DNA of 64,000 nt. Origin: a virus. Lineage: Duplodnaviria; Caudoviricetes. The stretch lies in the IMG/VR virus record IMGVR_UViG_3300005611_000001; one strand, 5' to 3'. The notes beneath the pieces are model-generated. The model searched no databases and was not told the origin of the DNA. It was given only the letters and a program-made list of their open reading frames with translations. Both the position numbers and the translations under genes were made by a program. Shown here one piece after another: positions 55,662-64,000 of the stretch; positions within the stretch are counted from its first letter, which is position 1; each line of letters opens with the position of its first letter.

Positions 55662-55973
55662 ATGAGTGAAGCACAAGATACTGTAATTGATGAACTTGAG
55701 GCAGAGCCTATCCAAACCGATTCGCAACCAATTGCTGATCTAATAAAAGCAATTGAAGATCAAAATTTTACACAAGCTGAGCGTCATTTTAACGATGTCG
55801 TTGGCGACCGTTTGCAAGATACGCTTGATCAAGCAAAATCAAGAATTGCCGCTTCACTGGGTCAAGAACCTGAAGAAGCGTCTGCTGATGAGTATGAAGT
55901 TGAAAATGATGACGAAGAAATCGATCTTGATGATGAAGACTTCGACGACGAAGAAGAAGACACTGAAAAATAA
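55662..55973 (+). CDS. Acidic prohead core protein (gp67-like position)
   Basis: Very acidic small protein directly after gp20. Confidence 0.6.
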   Translation: MSEAQDTVIDELEAEPIQTDSQPIADLIKAIEDQNFTQAERHFNDVVGDRLQDTLDQAKSRIAASLGQEPEEASADEYEVENDDEEIDLDDEDFDDEEEDTEK

Positions 55974-55978
55974 ATTTT

Positions 55979-55986
55979 TATAAATA
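55979..55986 (+). promoter_or_regulatory. T4-type late promoter
   Basis: Exact TATAAATA 12 nt upstream of the ATG at 55999. Confidence 0.75.
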
Positions 55987-55998
55987 ATTAATAACATT

Positions 55999-56646
55999 AT
56001 GAATATAGATGAAAAATTTATAACTAAAGTTGCCAATGCTCATATGTACGAAGTTATGGCAAATAAAAGTCGGTATCTTGAGCCCGACAACTTTAGTACA
56101 GTTCAATATATGAATCCTCGTGTACATATTGATCTGATTAAATTTAAAGAAATGGTAATTAGAACGTTACATAAATTTGACAAGGCGGGGGCTTACTTAA
56201 ATATAGGTAGTGCAGCAGGTCATTTAGAATATGTGAACAATCTAATTCCTTCTGCTCCTCACAGAGCTTCAAGAATTATCATGAGTTCTGTTGAGTGGGT
56301 TGATCAGTATGATTGTTGTAAAGCAATCAGAGAGCAACTTGGGGTAGATATACATTACATTTGCAATGACGTTTTACAAGACGATTTTGAAATTTTCAAT
56401 TGTAAAACTTATTTTGATAATGTAATTTTAGAAAGATTTTTTCCTGTGTATAGAAGTATGACTTATCACAGGATAGAAGAAGTTTTAAGAAAGTTTGTGC
56501 CATATGGAAGAAATGCAGTTGTAGTCGAAAGTGAAGGTAATTTGAGCAAAGATCAAGTAAATTACTTTAACAGAATTGCAACAGACAAAATGCATATTTC
56601 TGGAAAATGGCATTGTTTTGTAGTTAAACTGGAACAATTTAAATGA
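55999..56646 (+). CDS. Putative class I SAM-dependent methyltransferase-like protein
   Basis: YLNIGSAAGHLE resembles motif I, followed by an acidic strand end (SSVEW) and YFDNVIL. Visibly AT-richer than neighbouring genes. Confidence 0.5.
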   Translation: MNIDEKFITKVANAHMYEVMANKSRYLEPDNFSTVQYMNPRVHIDLIKFKEMVIRTLHKFDKAGAYLNIGSAAGHLEYVNNLIPSAPHRASRIIMSSVEWVDQYDCCKAIREQLGVDIHYICNDVLQDDFEIFNCKTYFDNVILERFFPVYRSMTYHRIEEVLRKFVPYGRNAVVVESEGNLSKDQVNYFNRIATDKMHISGKWHCFVVKLEQFK

Positions 56647-56849
56647 AGACATTTAAACAACTTCGCGAAGCAAAGGGCAAAATGCCGCCAGGCGAACATG
56701 TCTTCGATAAAAAAGTGAATCGTCATTCTGTGATGGTTCACAAAGATAGTAAAGGATTCACTGTTTATATTGACGGTGACAAACTGGACACCTATCGTTC
56801 TCAAAAAGAAGCAGAGAAGATGGGTGTGGCTTTTGCAAAGGAAATGTAG
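56643..56849 (+). CDS. Small prohead-associated protein upstream of gp21
   Basis: MKTFKQLRE start and FTVYIDGDKLDTYRSQKEAEK. Coupled to gp21. Confidence 0.65.
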   Translation: MKTFKQLREAKGKMPPGEHVFDKKVNRHSVMVHKDSKGFTVYIDGDKLDTYRSQKEAEKMGVAFAKEM

Positions 56850-57515
56850 ATGAAACTCATTGCTGAATACATTGACAACGGACTAGAAGTTATTACCGAA
56901 GCGAAGAGCGACGGTACTAAGTCCTATATGATTGAAGGCATCTTTGCACAAGCGGAACAAAAGAATCGTAACGGTCGTGTATACCCTCGCACAATCATGG
57001 AGCGAGCAGTAGAAAAATACATGACCGATCAAGTTGCTAAAAAGCGTTCGGTGGGTGAGTTGAATCACCCCGACGGACCTACTATCAACTTGGACAAAGT
57101 TTCTCACCTCATCACTGGGCTTCAATGGGAAGGCAATGATGTGGTTGGAAAGGCACAAATATTGGATACTCCAATGGGTAAGATTGTAAAAGGTCTACTT
57201 GATGGCGGTGTTCAACTAGGTGTGTCAACTCGTGGTATGGGTAGTCTTGAGCAAAGAAATGGCACTATGTATGTGCGTGACGACTTTATTTTAAATACTG
57301 TCGATATCGTACAAGATCCTTCTGCACCTGCAGCCTTTGTTAATGGAATTATGGAAGGTGTCGAATGGGTATGGAATAACGGTGTCATTCAAGCACAAGA
57401 AATTGAGAAGATGGAGACTGAAATTAAAGCCGCTCCGAAAAAGCATCTCTACGAGACGCAAGTTCGCGAGTACAAGAATTTCCTCTCACAGCTCAAATCA
57501 AACTTTAAGGAGTAA
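56850..57515 (+). CDS. gp21: Prohead protease gp21
   Basis: IEGIFAQAEQKNRNGRVYP...GELNHP...LGVSTRGMGSL...DIVQDPSAPAAFV. Confidence 0.97.
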   Translation: MKLIAEYIDNGLEVITEAKSDGTKSYMIEGIFAQAEQKNRNGRVYPRTIMERAVEKYMTDQVAKKRSVGELNHPDGPTINLDKVSHLITGLQWEGNDVVGKAQILDTPMGKIVKGLLDGGVQLGVSTRGMGSLEQRNGTMYVRDDFILNTVDIVQDPSAPAAFVNGIMEGVEWVWNNGVIQAQEIEKMETEIKAAPKKHLYETQVREYKNFLSQLKSNFKE

Positions 57516-57520
57516 AACAT

Positions 57521-58549
57521 ATGTCTGATCAAGACCAACATGTTGAGCTTCCGGTCGATGAGTCTATCGAGGAAGCTAGTGCTGCGAAGATGCCTGTAGG
57601 TACTGAGGCAGATTCAATTGCGTCTGTAGACAAGACGGATACTACTAAGAAGGCTCCCGCTCGTAAAGGGGATACCGGAAAGCAAGATCCGATGCCGAAG
57701 ACCAAAGCAGGAATGCTCAACGCTATGTATGGCAAGATGGCTGGTATGAAAAAAGACCAACTGACTGCTATGTACAGCAAGATGCAAGAAGAAGTCGATC
57801 TGGATGACGAAGAAGCCATTGAGCTTCCTGAGTTCTCTTACACCGACGAGCTTGATGCACTTGTTGAAAGCGAAGCAACATTGTCTGATGAGTTCAAAGC
57901 GAAGACTGCTGTGATCTTTGAAACGGCTATTCGTTCTAAGCTGTCTGAAGAAATTCAGCGCTTGGAAGATGAATATCAAACTCGCCTCGACGAAGAACTG
58001 GACGCTACGCGCACAGACCTTGTTGAGAAAGTTGATAGCTACCTCAACTACGTTGTTGAAAATTGGATGGAGCAAAACAAACTCGCTGTTGAGACTGGTC
58101 TGCGCACTGAAATCGCTGAAGATTTCATGGGCAAACTGAAGGACCTGTTCCTTGAGTCTTACATCGAAGTGCCTGAGTCCAAGATTGACCTAGTTGATGA
58201 ACTTGCTGAGCAAGTTGAAGAGCTTGAAGAAAAACTCAATGCTCAAACTGCTGACGTTCTTGCAATGAACGAAACGCTTGAGGCTTACATGCGCGAAGCT
58301 GTAATCCGTGAAGCTGCTCGTGACCTTGCAGAAACTCAAGTAGAAAAACTCAAGTCTCTTGTTGAGTCTCTTGACTTTGAAGACGAAGAAACTTTCGCAC
58401 AAAAGGTGAAAACTGTGAAAGAGTCTTACTTCAAGAAAGAAGTGAAGAGTGAAGAAGAGATTGTTGAAGATTGGGAAGCAGATCAATCGCGCGAAGTTTC
58501 TAGCGTGATGGATATGTACCTTAACGCAATTAAGAAATCCAATAAGTAA
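57521..58549 (+). CDS. gp22: Prohead scaffold protein gp22
   Basis: LSDEFKAKTAVIFETA...VDSYLNYVVENWMEQNKLAVETGLRTEIAE. Confidence 0.95.
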   Translation: MSDQDQHVELPVDESIEEASAAKMPVGTEADSIASVDKTDTTKKAPARKGDTGKQDPMPKTKAGMLNAMYGKMAGMKKDQLTAMYSKMQEEVDLDDEEAIELPEFSYTDELDALVESEATLSDEFKAKTAVIFETAIRSKLSEEIQRLEDEYQTRLDEELDATRTDLVEKVDSYLNYVVENWMEQNKLAVETGLRTEIAEDFMGKLKDLFLESYIEVPESKIDLVDELAEQVEELEEKLNAQTADVLAMNETLEAYMREAVIREAARDLAETQVEKLKSLVESLDFEDEETFAQKVKTVKESYFKKEVKSEEEIVEDWEADQSREVSSVMDMYLNAIKKSNK

Positions 58550-58560
58550 GGAGTACAACA

Positions 58561-59943
58561 ATGACTGTACAAGTGTCTTATGACAAACTGATGGAGAAGT
58601 GGGCTCCCGTTCTGAACGAAGAGTCTGCTGGCGCCATCAAAGATAACCATCGTCGCGCTGTGACGGCTGCTATTCTTGAGAACCAAGAAATGGCATTCCG
58701 TGAAGAAGCCGGCATGCTGGCCGAAGCCCCCACCAACACCAACTTCACCGCTACTGGTGCTGCTGCTGGCGTGACGGGTGCTAACTGGAACCCCGTGCTT
58801 ATCGCCCTCGTGCGTCGCGCTATGCCTAACCTCATGGCTTATGACCTCGCTGGTGTGCAGCCGATGACGGGTCCGACTGGTCTTATCTTCGCAATGAAGA
58901 GCCGTTACAAGACGACTCGTGGCGGTGCAACTGACGGTGCAGAAGCACTTGGTCTCCAAGAGCCTCACACTCCGTTCTCTGGCGACTCTTCTGTGTCGCA
59001 AGATTCTCAGTTTGCTTCCGGCAACAAGGGTCCTTCTGGTCTCTCTGGTGTGACCGACACAGACGACGATTCTTCTATCGTTGACTCTGGTTCGACTTAT
59101 GTGCCTGGCGTGGGCGGTGGTATGCCTACTGCTGACGCAGAAGCACTCGGTTCGACCGGTTCTGCATTCGCAGAAATGGGCTTCACCATTGAGAAAGCAA
59201 CTGTGACTGCTAAGAGCCGCGCTCTGAAAGCAGAATACAGCCTTGAGCTTGCTCAAGACCTCAAAGCAATCCACGGGCTTGACGCCGAGACGGAACTTGC
59301 GAACATTCTCAGCACAGAAATTCTTGCTGAAATCAACCGTGAGATCGTCCGTACGATCAATGCTCAAGCTAAGATCGGTTGCCGGACTGCAAACGTTCAA
59401 ACTCAAGGTATCTTCGACCTCAGCACCGACGCTGATGGCCGTTGGTCCGTTGAGAAGTTCAAGGGTCTCCTCGTGCAACTTGAGCGTGAAGCCAATGTTA
59501 TCGCGAAAGAAACTCGTCGCGGTAAGGGCAACATCGTGGTTTGCTCCTCGGATGTTGCTACGGCTCTCGTGGCTGCTGGCATGCTCGACTATTCGCCTGC
59601 TCTCAGCACGAACCTGCAAGTGGACGACACAGGCAACACCTTTGCTGGTGTGCTGAATGGTCGTACTCGTGTGTACATCGACCCCTATGCAGTTGCAGAC
59701 TATGTGACTGTGGGCTACAAGGGCACGAACCCTTACGACGCCGGTGTGTTCTACTGCCCCTATGTGCCGCTCCAAATGGTGCGCGCTGTGGGCGAGAACG
59801 ACTTCCAGCCTCGCATCGGGTTCAAGACTCGCTACGGCATGGCTTCCAACCCCTTCGTTGGTTCCACTCCCGCAGACGGTCTTGCCACGAACCGCACGAA
59901 CCAGTACTATCGCATCTTCCGCGTGGACAACATCCTCGCCTAA
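58561..59943 (+). CDS. gp23: Major capsid protein gp23
   Basis: KWAPVL...LVRRAMPNLMAYD...GVQPMTGPTGLIFAM...KSRALKAEYSLELAQDLKAIHGLDAETEL...FQPRIGFKTRYG. Confidence 0.99.
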   Translation: MTVQVSYDKLMEKWAPVLNEESAGAIKDNHRRAVTAAILENQEMAFREEAGMLAEAPTNTNFTATGAAAGVTGANWNPVLIALVRRAMPNLMAYDLAGVQPMTGPTGLIFAMKSRYKTTRGGATDGAEALGLQEPHTPFSGDSSVSQDSQFASGNKGPSGLSGVTDTDDDSSIVDSGSTYVPGVGGGMPTADAEALGSTGSAFAEMGFTIEKATVTAKSRALKAEYSLELAQDLKAIHGLDAETELANILSTEILAEINREIVRTINAQAKIGCRTANVQTQGIFDLSTDADGRWSVEKFKGLLVQLEREANVIAKETRRGKGNIVVCSSDVATALVAAGMLDYSPALSTNLQVDDTGNTFAGVLNGRTRVYIDPYAVADYVTVGYKGTNPYDAGVFYCPYVPLQMVRAVGENDFQPRIGFKTRYGMASNPFVGSTPADGLATNRTNQYYRIFRVDNILA

Positions 59944-59980
59944 GCGATATAAAAAGAGCGAGGTTCACTCGCCACTTTCA

Positions 59981-60005
59981 AGGGGCTCTTCGGAGCCCCT
60001 TTTTT
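59981..60005 (+). terminator. Rho-independent terminator with UUCG tetraloop after gp23
   Basis: aggggctc-ttcg-gagcccct followed by ttttt. Confidence 0.92.
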
Positions 60006-60011
60006 GTGCAG

Positions 60012-60019
60012 TATAAATA
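60012..60019 (+). promoter_or_regulatory. T4-type late promoter for gp3
   Basis: Exact TATAAATA just after the gp23 terminator. Confidence 0.8.
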
Positions 60020-60049
60020 CAGTCATCACTTTCTTATTGGTGTTTTAAA

Positions 60050-60559
60050 ATGGCAGACTTTACATGCGATCCGACATATCTTGCTCCTACAGGATTTAAA
60101 ATTCTCATTGATAGAGAAAATTATCCTAACATACAATTTTTTGCGCAGCAAGTTTTACACCCTTCTATGGATATTAATCCGTCTGAACAGAATTATAGAA
60201 GAGTTGGTTCGGTTGTCACACCAGGCGATACAATCACTTTTGGCACAGTCACCATGGACGTTCTTATGGACGAAAACATGAATGTCTATCAAGAAATGTA
60301 TGATTGGATAAAAAGACTTGTAGAAACGAATCATCGTCAAAATACAGGCAGACTGTACACTCGTGATACTGATGCTTTAGCGTCTTATTCTGATATTACT
60401 GTCTCTGTATTGACAAGCCACAACAACGTTTCTAGATCGTTCAAATATGTCAATGCGCTACCTGTTTCTTTGGGCGATATAACCTTTGCTGCAACTCAAG
60501 ATGCACAATACATAACATTCCCGGTGTCTTTTAGGTTTGACTATTTTGATTTCGTTTGA
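60050..60559 (+). CDS. gp3: Tail tube terminator gp3
   Basis: YLAPTGFKILI...FFAQQVLHP...PGDTITFG...LMDENMNVYQEMYDWI...FRFDYFDF. Confidence 0.88.
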   Translation: MADFTCDPTYLAPTGFKILIDRENYPNIQFFAQQVLHPSMDINPSEQNYRRVGSVVTPGDTITFGTVTMDVLMDENMNVYQEMYDWIKRLVETNHRQNTGRLYTRDTDALASYSDITVSVLTSHNNVSRSFKYVNALPVSLGDITFAATQDAQYITFPVSFRFDYFDFV

Positions 60560-60565
60560 TATACT
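60537..60565 (+). promoter_or_regulatory. Sigma70-type promoter upstream of uvsY
   Basis: TTGACT (60537-60542), 17 nt spacer, TATACT (60560-60565). Confidence 0.7.
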
Positions 60566-60600
60566 ATATTAGATTATGAATTTAAATTATGGAGTGTACT

Positions 60601-61044
60601 ATGAACTTGGACGATATTTTAAACGAATGGAAAAAAGATTCGCACATCGAATTTAATAAGCTTGATGTTACTTCTCAAGAGACTCCTAAGCTACATGCTA
60701 AGTATCTTGAAATGTATACTAATGCAAAGCTAAAGCTGAAAGATGCAGAGTTTAAGCAGAAAATTTTACTCAAAGATAAATGGCTATATTACAACGGTAA
60801 GATGCCAATAGAAACTGTTATAGAAAAAGGCTGGAATCCTGATCCGTTTGATGGCCTTAAAATTCTCAAAGGTGAAATGGACTACTACTATAATAGCGAT
60901 CCAGAAATAATTTCTAGTGAAGCAAAAATTGCTTATGTAAAAGAAGTTGTTGATACGCTGAAAGAAATTATGGATCACATCAAGTGGAGACATTCTACGA
61001 TCAAAAACATGATCGACTGGAAAAAATTTGAAGCTGGATTTTAA
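60601..61044 (+). CDS. uvsY: Recombination mediator UvsY
   Basis: WKKDSHI...PKLHAKYL...KWLYYNGK...IKWRHSTIKNMIDWKKFEAG. Start placed at MNLDD. Confidence 0.92.
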   Translation: MNLDDILNEWKKDSHIEFNKLDVTSQETPKLHAKYLEMYTNAKLKLKDAEFKQKILLKDKWLYYNGKMPIETVIEKGWNPDPFDGLKILKGEMDYYYNSDPEIISSEAKIAYVKEVVDTLKEIMDHIKWRHSTIKNMIDWKKFEAGF

Positions 61045-62519
61045 TGGAAATAATCAAATTCAAAATGAAAGATCATGCGTTTCTTCAGTTAACGGAATGC
61101 TCACCACATGTCGTCGCTGAAATGTCACAGCATTTTACTTTCGAAGTGCCTGGTGCTAAGTTCATGCCTGCTGTTAAGAAAAGACTGTGGGATGGTAAGA
61201 TTCGCATGCTGGATCGTAACACTGGGCAAATCAATGCGGGCTTATACTGGGCGATTAAAAAGTTCGCGATGGAGCGTGGCTACGGCGTCAAGGTAGAAGA
61301 GAGTGAGTACGGCTATCCATATGATAAAAACAAAGTCAATCACATGGAGACGATGCAGTGGCTTGAAACGCTAGACGCGCCCTACAAGCCTCGCGACTAT
61401 CAGTACGATGCGTTTACGCACGGTGTAGAAAATAAGCGTTCTATTCTACTCTCTCCTACAGGTTCTGGTAAATCTTTTATCATCTATCTACTCATGCGAT
61501 GGTATCTACAGAATCATGACGATAAAGTGCTTGTCATCGTGCCCACAACATCTCTGGTAGAGCAGCTATATTCAGACTTCGAAGACTACGGTTTTGATGT
61601 CGAACAAAACTGTCATCGAATTTATTCAGGCAAAGACAAAGAGACTGAGAAGCGCATCATCATATCAACTTGGCAGTCCATCTACAAGTTACACCCCAAT
61701 TGGTTCTGGCAGTTTGGCGCAATTTTTGGTGACGAAGTGCATGGCTTCAAGTCGAAATCTCTTTCGTCGATCATGAACAAAGCAAAGAACGCAGAGTATC
61801 GATGGGGAACGACTGGTACGCTTGACGGTACGCAAGTTCACAAACTTGTGCTTGAGGGTCTGTTCGGTCCTGTGAAGCGCGTGACTACAACTCATGAACT
61901 ACAGCAAGAAGATACCCTTGCTAAACTGAAGATAAATATTATACTGCTAGAGTATGCTAAAGAAATTTGTAAGTCAATGGAAGGTAAATCATATCATGAC
62001 GAAATCGACTTCATTGTCTCAAACGAAAAACGAAACAAGTTCATCGCAAACCTCGCTGTTGACAGAACTGGAAATACGCTTGTTCTATTCAACTTGGTGG
62101 ATCGTCATGGCAAGGTGCTTCGGGATTTAATTCAAGATAGATTAAAAGAAGGGCAACGTCTATTTTATGTTAGCGGTGAAACTAAAACAAGTGATCGAGA
62201 GCAAATACGAAACATTGTTGAGAATCAAAAAAACTCTATTATTCTCGCTAGTCTGGGTACTTTTTCCACTGGCATTAATATCAAAAACATTCACAACATT
62301 ATATTTGCATCTCCTTCGAAGAGTCAAATACGAGTGCTACAGTCCATCGGCAGAGGCTTAAGAAAGTCAGACGATGGTAGCGACACAATATTGTACGATA
62401 TAGCAGACGATTTACATGTAGGTGGAAAGAAGAATTTTACACTACTACATAGTGGTGAGAGAATACGAATATATAATAATGAGAAGTTTCCTTACCATAT
62501 TATTAAAATTGGGATGTAA
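61044..62519 (+). CDS. uvsW: DNA helicase UvsW
   Basis: SPTGSGKS, VPTTSLVEQ, GDEVH and QSIGRGLRK SF2 motifs. Confidence 0.97.
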   Translation: MEIIKFKMKDHAFLQLTECSPHVVAEMSQHFTFEVPGAKFMPAVKKRLWDGKIRMLDRNTGQINAGLYWAIKKFAMERGYGVKVEESEYGYPYDKNKVNHMETMQWLETLDAPYKPRDYQYDAFTHGVENKRSILLSPTGSGKSFIIYLLMRWYLQNHDDKVLVIVPTTSLVEQLYSDFEDYGFDVEQNCHRIYSGKDKETEKRIIISTWQSIYKLHPNWFWQFGAIFGDEVHGFKSKSLSSIMNKAKNAEYRWGTTGTLDGTQVHKLVLEGLFGPVKRVTTTHELQQEDTLAKLKINIILLEYAKEICKSMEGKSYHDEIDFIVSNEKRNKFIANLAVDRTGNTLVLFNLVDRHGKVLRDLIQDRLKEGQRLFYVSGETKTSDREQIRNIVENQKNSIILASLGTFSTGINIKNIHNIIFASPSKSQIRVLQSIGRGLRKSDDGSDTILYDIADDLHVGGKKNFTLLHSGERIRIYNNEKFPYHIIKIGM

Positions 62520-62521
62520 TT

Positions 62522-62974
62522 ATGCATGTACACGATTTAGCACAATTTAAATTTAGTAGTGGTCAGGAAATTGTTTGTGAAGTTATGGAATGGCCTACCG
62601 ATGGTGAAAAAGATATTATAGTGCGAAACGCTATGTCTATAGTGATGGGCGAAACTTCTGATGGTGAAAGAATTTATGTTTTTAAGCCTTGGGTACATTT
62701 TCTTGCAAAGAACGATGAATATATTGTAATTAATTCATTTCATGTTGTAAGTCAAAATCGCCCCAACGAACATCTGATTACAGAATATATTTACGCTGTA
62801 AAAGAAATGCACAATCAAGCAATTGAACGTGACGAAGACTATAAAAACGACGAGAGAGAAAAACTCAATAAAATACAAAACGCCTTAAATTTATATACCA
62901 AGCAGAAAGTTAGTTACGATAGCGCTGAGTCGAATGTAGTACGCTTCCCTCGCAAAGATGATACTCTACATTAA
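62522..62974 (+). CDS. Conserved hypothetical protein between uvsW and gp55
   Basis: QFKFSSGQEIVCEV...FKPWV pattern in the slot usually seen before gp55 in T4-like phages. Confidence 0.7.
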   Translation: MHVHDLAQFKFSSGQEIVCEVMEWPTDGEKDIIVRNAMSIVMGETSDGERIYVFKPWVHFLAKNDEYIVINSFHVVSQNRPNEHLITEYIYAVKEMHNQAIERDEDYKNDEREKLNKIQNALNLYTKQKVSYDSAESNVVRFPRKDDTLH

Positions 62975-63004
62975 TATTCTCTGTTCCCTGGCGCGTGGAG
63001 TTTT

Positions 63005-63033
63005 ATTTTAGCACGAATTTTTTGATTTGTCAA
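63005..63033 (-). promoter_or_regulatory. Near-consensus sigma70 promoter on the minus strand (antisense to the uvsW operon)
   Basis: Minus strand reads TTGACA, 17 nt (ending TGC), TAAAAT. Confidence 0.65.
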
Positions 63034-63083
63034 TATGTTTTTGATTTTAATTTTAGTTTATAATGTAAACCGAAAGTTAACTA

Positions 63084-63680
63084 ATGAGTAATATTATGAA
63101 AGAAGAAAAGCCACACTACGTCAACAATGCACAGTTTTCTCAAGCGGTTGTCAATTATGTCGAACATGCTAGCCGAGAAGTCGCTGCAGGTCGTGACAAG
63201 CCTATCATACCAGATTATGTGGCTATGTGCTTTTTGCGGATCGCAGAAGGATTATCTCACAAAGCAAACTTCGTTCGCTACACCTATCGCGAAGAGATGG
63301 TGATGGATGCTGTGGAAAACTGTCTCAAAGCCATTGAGAATTATAATCTAGAAACAGCGACTCGCACAGGCAAACCTAACGCATTTGCATACTTCACACA
63401 GATTGCATGGTACGCTTTTCTTCGTCGTATCGAAAAAGAAAAGAAGCAGCAAGATGTCAAACTGAAGTTCATTGCTGAAGCAGGCATTGAACACTTCTTT
63501 GATACATCTTCGCCCGAAGACTTCGATGACGCATCTGCCCTCCCCTTCCTTGATGAGTTGCGCGGTCGCATCGATCTTGTGAAAGAAAATGATCGCACGT
63601 TCAAAGAGTACTACAAGAAAGAAAAGCGTCGCCGCAAAGCAAAAGTTGATTCTGATCTATCAGAGTTTCTTGAAGATTGA
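63084..63680 (+). CDS. gp55: Late transcription sigma factor gp55
   Basis: HYVNNAQF...CFLRIAEGLSHKANFVRYTYREEMVMDAVENCL...NAFAYFTQIAWYAFLRRIEKEKKQ. Confidence 0.97.
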   Translation: MSNIMKEEKPHYVNNAQFSQAVVNYVEHASREVAAGRDKPIIPDYVAMCFLRIAEGLSHKANFVRYTYREEMVMDAVENCLKAIENYNLETATRTGKPNAFAYFTQIAWYAFLRRIEKEKKQQDVKLKFIAEAGIEHFFDTSSPEDFDDASALPFLDELRGRIDLVKENDRTFKEYYKKEKRRRKAKVDSDLSEFLED

Positions 63681-63698
63681 TGTTGGTTTGTGTATAAT
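63670..63698 (+). promoter_or_regulatory. Sigma70-type promoter upstream of gp47
   Basis: TTGAAG (63670-63675), 17 nt spacer, TATAAT (63693-63698). Confidence 0.6.
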
Positions 63699-63727
63699 AC
63701 ACATTAAACCACAACTATAGGTTTATT

Positions 63728-64000
63728 ATGAAAGTAGCAATACTGAATGATACGCATTGCGGAATTCGCAATTCTGCTGAGATTATGATGCAGTATCAAG
63801 AGCGCTTCTATTCTGAAGTGTTCTTTCCACACCTGCTGAAGAATGGTATCACCAAGATTCTACACCTTGGTGACTACTATGACAATCGCAAGTTCATCAA
63901 CTTCAAAGCGCTAGAACACAATCGCAAAATCTTTTTAGAGAAACTGCGTGAACATAAGATTCACATGGATATCATTCCAGGTAACCATGATGTGTTCTAT
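63728..64000 (+). CDS. gp47: Recombination endonuclease gp47 (Mre11/SbcD-like), partial
   Basis: Manual translation: MKVAILNDTHCGIRNS...HLGDYYDNRK...IIPGNHDVFY. Runs off the window. Confidence 0.93.
   Translation, partial: MKVAILNDTHCGIRNSAEIMMQYQERFYSEVFFPHLLKNGITKILHLGDYYDNRKFINFKALEHNRKIFLEKLREHKIHMDIIPGNHDVFY

Noticed and set aside
58483-59775. 430-aa minus-strand ORF opposite gp23
   Set aside because: It is an antisense shadow of the strongly codon-biased gp23 gene, with no recognisable motif, promoter or RBS.
63027-63064. Sense-strand sigma70 promoter for gp55
   Set aside because: TATAAT is present at 63059-63064, but the best -35 candidates lie at 12 or 26 nt spacing, so it is not supportable as a canonical promoter.
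1-64000. tRNA/rRNA genes, group I introns, homing endonucleases, integrase or transposase
   Set aside because: None were recognised. Intergenic gaps are short, and core genes such as gp17, gp20, gp23 and uvsW are uninterrupted.

Overview
This window is the virion-morphogenesis core of a T4-like myophage (large-genome, probably aquatic, T4 gene 23 superfamily). It runs from baseplate and tail-initiation genes (gp26, gp54-like, gp2, gp4, gp48, gp53, split gp5, gp25, gp6, gp8, VrlC-like) through a large accessory fibre region. It then continues through neck genes (gp13-15), a displaced gp7, terminase (gp16/17), sheath, tube and portal (gp18-20), head genes (gp21-23), gp3, uvsY, uvsW, gp55 and the start of gp47. 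Eleven exact TATAAATA late promoters sit in front of structural genes. The most unusual material points to a possible virion-decoration and modification system: (1) a 3914-aa, extremely acidic protein built from Y-x-G-[DNE] octapeptide repeats; (2) a directly downstream cassette of a basic putative chaperone, a GT-A glycosyltransferase and a 2OG-Fe(II)-oxygenase-like gene; (3) strong protein-level enrichment of an Asp-Ser dipeptide in exterior virion proteins but not in the terminase or helicase; (4) an (Ala-X-Y)54 fibre; (5) a gp7 fused to seven Calx-beta-like repeats and a terminal Hint domain; (6) an AT-rich methyltransferase-like insertion among the head genes. All family assignments come from motif recognition by eye. 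No database search was run, and counts are manual.
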